A DNA stretch of 64,000 bases from Bacteroidales bacterium (GTDB lineage Bacteria > Bacteroidota > Bacteroidia > Bacteroidales > UBA12481), in contig JBBAAF010000001.1 in NCBI GenBank assembly GCA_041658425.1, positions 115,821-179,820 on the forward strand. Direction: 5' to 3'. Below are positions 55,791 to 61,015 of the stretch, one piece after another (position 1 is the first letter of the stretch; every line of letters begins with the position of its first letter). Below the pieces are notes generated by a model. That model was not told where the DNA came from. It did no database searches and saw only the letters and a list, made by a program, of their open reading frames with translations. Both the position numbers and the translations under genes were made by a program.

Positions 55791-57326
55791 TTGCTGCGAT
55801 TTTTTAAAACAATTCTAAGCGTGAAACGTATCTGGCTCTTTTTTGTTCTTGGTTTGTTAATCGGAATTGTGATAATGTTATCTGGAAATAAGGCTGTTGA
55901 AGCTACATCAACCGACAAATTCTGTAATTCCTGCCACATCCATCCGCAGGCCGAAATATCCTGGAAAAAATCGTTGCATTATGAAACCCAGAGTGGGTTT
56001 CGGGCACATTGTGTTGACTGTCACCTTCCTCCTGAAGGTCATGGATATCTGCTTGAAAAAGCCCGTACCGGGTTAAGGGATCTTTGGAGCTATTGGTTTA
56101 AGGACTCAGCCTCCTTTAACTGGGATGCCAAATCAAAGCTTGACTATGCAAAAGGGTATGTATTTGAATCCACCTGCCTGAAATGCCATCCCAACCTGTA
56201 TCCGGCCAAGCTGACAAAAGAGGGATCAGATGCACATTTGTATTATGATGCACAAGTAAAAAAAGGCGAAGATATCCGGTGCATAAACTGTCACCTGGAT
56301 GCCGGTCATTATGATCCGAACTATTCTCATAAAGCAAACGTCGGTTTTGGTAAAGAGATCGTATCCGGGGAGGTTTTTACAGAATCAACCAAAGTAGAGA
56401 AGTTCGAATCCTATGTAGAAAAAATACCAAAAACAGGAGTTTCGTTTAAGATGGTCGCCATACCGGGCGGAACATTTAAAATGGGAAGTCCGGATAATGA
56501 GCCGTATCGCAAACCTGATGAAGGTCCGGTTAAAGAGGTAAAGGTCAGTCGGTTCTTTATGGGTGAAGTTGAAGTCAGCTGGAATGAATACCTGGCGTTT
56601 TACTCCCAGACTGCCCGACAGGGTAAAACTGCAGTAATAACTGATTTAAATACGGTCACCACGGTTGATGCCATTATCGGTGCAACCCCGCCCTATGGAC
56701 AACCCGATCAGAACTGGGGCAAGGGAAAACGGCCGGTCATTTCGGCCAGTTATAATGCCGCTCTTACCTATTGCAAATGGCTGTCAATCGTGACCGGTAA
56801 AACTTATCGGTTACCAACAGAGGCAGAATGGGAATATGCTGCAAGGGCCGGGAAAGAGACTCCTTATTTCTTTGAAGGCAACCCGAAAACTTTCGTAAAA
56901 TCGAAATTCCTTTCATCGAAGAAAGATACCACGATGATTAACCGCTTTGTGGTTTATATAGAGAATAGCCAGGCAAAAACTCAGGAGCCTTCATTTGTGC
57001 TTCCGAACCCATTTGGATTAAAGAATATGCTTGGCAACGTTGCGGAATTCTGTTCCGATTGGTATGCACCTGATACCTATTCCAAATACCAGGGGATAGT
57101 AATCGATCCGAAGGGGCCATTCTCGGGAACCGAACATATTGTTAGAGGTGGAAGTTATAAAAGCCAGGCCGACCAGGTTCGGTCTGCGGAGCGGGAGTTC
57201 ACGCAAACGCAACTCTGGCTCAGGACCGATCCGCAGTCACCAAAGAGTATCTGGTGGTATTCGGATTGTTTTTATGTAGGATTCAGGGTGGTTTGTGAAT
57301 ACGACGTGTCAACGGGAAGACTTTAA
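55791..57326 (+). CDS. Fusion protein: membrane-anchored tetraheme NapC/NirT/NrfH-type cytochrome c plus an FGE/SUMF1 (formylglycine-generating-enzyme family) domain
   Basis: 511 aa. N-terminal TM helix IWLFFVLGLLIGIVIML. Four CXXCH motifs in the first 190 aa: CNSCH, CVDCH, CLKCH, CINCH. FGE-family motifs follow: GGTFKMGS, YRLPTEAEWEYAARAG, GNVAEFCSDWY, VRGGSY. TTG start at 55791; the alternative is GTG at 55821. Confidence 0.8.
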   Translation: MLRFFKTILSVKRIWLFFVLGLLIGIVIMLSGNKAVEATSTDKFCNSCHIHPQAEISWKKSLHYETQSGFRAHCVDCHLPPEGHGYLLEKARTGLRDLWSYWFKDSASFNWDAKSKLDYAKGYVFESTCLKCHPNLYPAKLTKEGSDAHLYYDAQVKKGEDIRCINCHLDAGHYDPNYSHKANVGFGKEIVSGEVFTESTKVEKFESYVEKIPKTGVSFKMVAIPGGTFKMGSPDNEPYRKPDEGPVKEVKVSRFFMGEVEVSWNEYLAFYSQTARQGKTAVITDLNTVTTVDAIIGATPPYGQPDQNWGKGKRPVISASYNAALTYCKWLSIVTGKTYRLPTEAEWEYAARAGKETPYFFEGNPKTFVKSKFLSSKKDTTMINRFVVYIENSQAKTQEPSFVLPNPFGLKNMLGNVAEFCSDWYAPDTYSKYQGIVIDPKGPFSGTEHIVRGGSYKSQADQVRSAEREFTQTQLWLRTDPQSPKSIWWYSDCFYVGFRVVCEYDVSTGRL

Positions 57327-57370
57327 GACAGGAAGACAGAAGACGTTAAGAAAGAAAAGAAAGAGAAGAC
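57314..57370 (+). repeat. AAGAC-word repeat element, copy 3 (overlaps the stop of the cytochrome-FGE gene)
   Basis: GGGAAGACTTTAAGACAGGAAGACAGAAGACGTTAAGAAAGAAAAGAAAGAGAAGAC. It shares GGAAGACTTTAA and AGGAAGACAG with copy 1. Confidence 0.8.
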
Positions 57371-57414
57371 TGAATAAAAACTTATTACTAAATTCGGAAT
57401 TTATACATTGAGTT

Positions 57415-57519
57415 CCGATAACGGATAACCGATAACCGATAACCAACACAACAAACATAACAACTGACAACCTGCAACCTGCAACCTGCAACCTGCAACC
57501 TGCAACCTGCAACCAATTA
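57415..57519 (+). repeat. 105-nt tract of strict 7-nt periodicity (CCGATAA-type x4, degenerate units, CCTGCAA x5) in the leader of the Tat-oxidoreductase gene
   Basis: Fifteen in-register heptamers: CCGATAA CGGATAA CCGATAA CCGATAA CCAACAC AACAAAC ATAACAA CTGACAA CCTGCAA x5 CCAATTA. The tract ends 31 nt before the ATG at 57551. Confidence 0.9.
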
Positions 57520-57550
57520 AACTATTGATAAACATTATAAACTACAAGCC

Positions 57551-58909
57551 ATGTCAAATAAACCGAATCTTTCAAGAAGGAATTTTCTGAGCCGCGCTGC
57601 GGCTGTTGGAGCTGTCGGGGCAATCAGTCCTGCGCTAATCACCTCCTGTGCGCCTAAGAGTAAAGAAAAGGCTGTTGATTATACGTTATGTACCTTATTG
57701 GATAAGGCACCTGATGGTCCGGAACTTAAGGCCGGCCTGATCGGTTGTGGCGGTCGCGGTACCGGTGCTGCCATGAATTTTCTCGATGCGGGCCCAAATT
57801 TAAAAATCACTGCTCTGGCAGATCTGCTGCCGGATAAACTGGCCGAATGCAAAGCCAAGCTTAAAGCTGACAGAAACCAGGATATCGCTGACGAAAACTG
57901 TTTCGTGGGATTTGACGCTTATGAAAAACTCCTGCAGACGGGTGTTGATGTGGTATTGCTGGCTACCCCGCCCTATTTCCGTCCTATACATTTTGAAGCT
58001 GCAGTTCAGGCCAGGAAGCATTGTTTTCTGGAAAAACCGGTAGCCGTTGATCCTGTTGGGGCTCGTTCCATAATGGCTTCGGCTAAAAAGGCTGCGGCTA
58101 TGGAACTATCCGTTATTACCGGAACCCAGCGCAGGCATCAACGCGATTATGTAGAAATCTACAAAAAGGTTGCCGGTGGAGCCATTGGTGACATTACCGG
58201 TGGTAATGTATACTGGAACCAATCGAAATTATGGCACACAAATCCAAAAGCTGAATGGAGCGAGATGGAAGCCATGATCCGCAACTGGGTGAACTGGACC
58301 TGGTTATCGGGCGACCATATCGTTGAACAGCATGTTCATAATATTGATGTGGGGCTTTGGTTCTTTGGAGCTCATCCCGTAAAGGCTTTGGGATTTGGTT
58401 CGAGACAGCGCAGGGTTACCGGCGATCAATATGACAATTTCAGTGTGGACTATGTATTCGAAGATGGCCGGCATATGCATAGTATGTGCCGCCAGATCAA
58501 TGGTTGCGGTGGTGGGGTATTTGAAAGATTTCAGGGTGCCGAAGGGGCTGCACTACTGGATTGGAACAACATCAAGCTGGTTGATCTCGCCGGGAAGGAT
58601 ATCTGGAAATTCCCATATATAGTTGATGCCCAGGGAGAAAAGAGTATCGCTGTGGGGCCATATGATCAGGAACATATTGACCTGGTTACCGCAATACGGA
58701 CCAATAAGCCTATCAATGAAGCCGAAAACACCGCGATCTCCACAATGGTTGGGATCATGGGAAGGATATCAGCTTATACCGGCAAAGAGGTAACCTTTGA
58801 TGAAATGATGAACTCTGACCTGAATCTTGGACCAAAGGTTTATGTCCTGGGTCCGGTAAATGATGTATCGAAGACCGTACCCGTACCAGGCGAAGCATTT
58901 GTAGGATAA
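57551..58909 (+). CDS. Tat-exported Gfo/Idh/MocA-family oxidoreductase
   Basis: 452 aa. Twin-arginine signal SRRNFLSRAAAVGAVGA, and a Rossmann motif GLIGCGGRGTGAA. Confidence 0.85.
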   Translation: MSNKPNLSRRNFLSRAAAVGAVGAISPALITSCAPKSKEKAVDYTLCTLLDKAPDGPELKAGLIGCGGRGTGAAMNFLDAGPNLKITALADLLPDKLAECKAKLKADRNQDIADENCFVGFDAYEKLLQTGVDVVLLATPPYFRPIHFEAAVQARKHCFLEKPVAVDPVGARSIMASAKKAAAMELSVITGTQRRHQRDYVEIYKKVAGGAIGDITGGNVYWNQSKLWHTNPKAEWSEMEAMIRNWVNWTWLSGDHIVEQHVHNIDVGLWFFGAHPVKALGFGSRQRRVTGDQYDNFSVDYVFEDGRHMHSMCRQINGCGGGVFERFQGAEGAALLDWNNIKLVDLAGKDIWKFPYIVDAQGEKSIAVGPYDQEHIDLVTAIRTNKPINEAENTAISTMVGIMGRISAYTGKEVTFDEMMNSDLNLGPKVYVLGPVNDVSKTVPVPGEAFVG

Positions 58910-58920
58910 TAATCAATTCC

Positions 58921-59871
58921 ATGGATCAGAAAAAAAACAGTCGGCGGGGGTTTATTCAGAAAGCGGCAGTTGCAGTAGCAGCAGCAGTGGCAGCCCCTAC
59001 GGTATTGAAGGCTCAGGATCAGGTTGAGAAAAGGAATAAATCAACTGAGAATGGGCCATTCAGACTAAAATATGCACCTTCAATCGGCATGTTCAGGGCT
59101 ACGGTTGGAAGTAATGATCCGATTGATAATATCCGATTTTGCAATGATCAGGGGTTCCGGGCCGTTTTTGATAATGGACTGATGGACAGGCCTGTGGAGG
59201 AACAGGAGAAGATTGCAGCGGAACTAGCCAGGCTGGGAATGGATATGGGCCCGTTTGTGTTGTATGCCGATTTTGGGGTGACCTCTTTCGTGACCAGCGA
59301 TCCGGAGAAACGTACCATGTTACTTGATCGGATGAAACAGGGTGTTGAAGTTGCCAAAAGGACCAATGCCAAATGGGCTTTGGTGGTACCCGGAAGGTAT
59401 GATGAAAGTTTGCATTGGGACTATCAGACAGCCAATGTGATCGAGAACCTTCGGTATTGTTCCGGGATTTTTGAGCCAGCAGGATTAACCATGGTACTCG
59501 AACCGTTGAATACCCTGCATGATCATCCCGGACTTTTCCTGACAAAGATTCCCCAGGCTTACCTGATTTGCCGGGCAGTGAACAGTCCGTATATCAAGAT
59601 AGTCAACGATCTGTACCATCAGCAAATAACTGAAGGGAATCTGATTCCCAATATCGAGGCCTCTTATAGCGAGATAGGTGCTTTCCATCTGGGCGATAAC
59701 CCGGGCAGAAACGAACCTACATCCGGTGAGATCAATTACAAAAACATTTTCAAGTATCTCTTTGAAAAAGGATATAATGGGACACTTTGCATGGAGCACG
59801 GGAAATCGTTGCCTGGTAAGGAGGGAGATGCGAGGGTGATAGCAGCGTACCGGGAGATGGACTCATTTTGA
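58921..59871 (+). CDS. Tat-exported xylose-isomerase-like TIM-barrel protein (sugar phosphate isomerase/epimerase, hydroxypyruvate-isomerase-like)
   Basis: 316 aa with twin-arginine signal SRRGFIQKAAVAVAAA. Family-like segments LVLEPLN, FHLGDNPGRNEP and LCMEHG. It starts 11 nt after the preceding gene. Confidence 0.75.
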   Translation: MDQKKNSRRGFIQKAAVAVAAAVAAPTVLKAQDQVEKRNKSTENGPFRLKYAPSIGMFRATVGSNDPIDNIRFCNDQGFRAVFDNGLMDRPVEEQEKIAAELARLGMDMGPFVLYADFGVTSFVTSDPEKRTMLLDRMKQGVEVAKRTNAKWALVVPGRYDESLHWDYQTANVIENLRYCSGIFEPAGLTMVLEPLNTLHDHPGLFLTKIPQAYLICRAVNSPYIKIVNDLYHQQITEGNLIPNIEASYSEIGAFHLGDNPGRNEPTSGEINYKNIFKYLFEKGYNGTLCMEHGKSLPGKEGDARVIAAYREMDSF

Positions 59872-59927
59872 GGGTTAAACTTTTTTTATAAAATTCTGTC
59901 TATACCTCAAACGCGAAAAAATAGAAT

Positions 59928-60749
59928 ATGAAAAAATTAGTTCCGGTTCTTTTTGCCATGAGCCTGATGGCTTTTTCGGCATGCAAGCAGGAAGAAGTTG
60001 CTTTAGCTCCACAGACGTTAAATAATATCAAGGATCAGATTCTGAGTTCTGATCTTTTGGATGATGTGCTGGACGAGGTTGAATATACTTCGGATATCTT
60101 TTTTGGAGAACTGAAATCGGGTTTTGATGATTGCAGAACGGTCACGGTTGAGCCTATGGACCGGGTGACCTGGCCAAAAACCATTACGATTGATTTTGGA
60201 ACCGAAGGGTGCATGGTTCGCGACAGTGTGGTTAAGAAAGGGAAAATCATCATCAATCTGGATGCGCCGCACTTTGGCAGAGCCTGGACAAAGGTGATCA
60301 CTTTTGATAATTATTATGTAAACGTAAATAAGGTTGAGGGAACGAATACAACCACCTTTAATCGCGCAGATGGCAATCCTACCTGGACATCAACCATAGT
60401 CGGGGGCCAGATTACTACTCCGGAAGGGGTTATCCGCACACGCGAGGCCGTTCATATCAGGGTACAAACCCGCGGTGTTGATACCCTTCGCGACCGATCG
60501 GATGATGCATTTCAGCTTACAGGCCATGCCGCCGGAACCAGAAGGGACGGAAAAATCTTTTCATGGGTCATCACTGAACCATTGGTTATCAGCAACAATT
60601 GCCGCTGGATCCGCAAGGGAGTAAAAGTCATTACACTTGAAGGACAAAGCGATATCACTGTTGATTACGGTAATACCGAATGCGATAATATCGCCACCGT
60701 GACACAAGACGGGGTGACGAAGGAAATCAAGCTGAGAGGGAGACGTTAA
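59928..60749 (+). CDS. Lipoprotein of unknown function
   Basis: 273 aa with lipobox MKKLVPVLFAMSLMAFSAC. I recognise no domain. Confidence 0.6.
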   Translation: MKKLVPVLFAMSLMAFSACKQEEVALAPQTLNNIKDQILSSDLLDDVLDEVEYTSDIFFGELKSGFDDCRTVTVEPMDRVTWPKTITIDFGTEGCMVRDSVVKKGKIIINLDAPHFGRAWTKVITFDNYYVNVNKVEGTNTTTFNRADGNPTWTSTIVGGQITTPEGVIRTREAVHIRVQTRGVDTLRDRSDDAFQLTGHAAGTRRDGKIFSWVITEPLVISNNCRWIRKGVKVITLEGQSDITVDYGNTECDNIATVTQDGVTKEIKLRGRR

Positions 60750-60757
60750 GGACATGA

Positions 60758-60813
60758 GGATGTGCTGATTTGCTGATGTGCTGATGTGCTGATGTGCTGA
60801 TGTGCTGATTATC
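60758..60813 (+). repeat. 8-nt tandem array (GATGTGCT-type, 7 units) right after the lipoprotein gene stop
   Basis: GATGTGCT GATTTGCT GATGTGCT x4 GATTATCT, contiguous and in register. Confidence 0.9.
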
Positions 60814-60914
60814 TGAGATGCACGAGGCCCGTAATAATATTGACAAAATTGTTAAGAAAAGTCTGTTATATTTGGCTTTCTACATAGAAGCAAATCAGCA
60901 CATCCTAAGATACC

Positions 60915-60943
60915 CTAAAAAAAGGGTGAACCACTCAGTTCAC
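60915..60943 (-). terminator. Rho-independent terminator of the transglutaminase-core gene
   Basis: 8-bp stem GGGTGAAC / GTTCACCC with a 6-nt loop. On the minus strand 7 T follow. Confidence 0.7.
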
Positions 60944-60959
60944 CCAAATCTCTTATAAT

Positions 60960-61015
60960 CAGCACATCAGCACATCAGCACATCAAATAATCAGCAAATC
61001 ATCTCATCAGCAAAT
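60960..61015 (-). repeat. 8-nt tandem array (minus strand reads GATTTGCT/GATGTGCT-type, 7 units) overlapping the 3' end and stop of the transglutaminase-core gene
   Basis: The plus strand reads AGCACATC x3 AAATAATC AGCAAATC ATCTCATC AGCAAATC. This is the inverted complement of the array at 60758..60813. Confidence 0.9.

Noticed and set aside
57309-57512. 67-aa minus-strand ORF (MQVAGCRLQVAGCRL...)
   Set aside because: Its sequence is simply the translation of the CCTGCAA and CCGATAA heptamer arrays. It has no start context or plausible fold, so it is treated as an artefact of the repeat.
60839-60873. Internal promoter (TTGACA ... TATATTTG) inside the convergent intergenic region, possibly driving a small RNA
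   Set aside because: The TATATTTG box at 60866..60873 matches the -7 consensus, but the upstream element spacing is off (15 or 24 nt). The downstream sequence runs straight into the opposite-strand terminator. The evidence is not enough.
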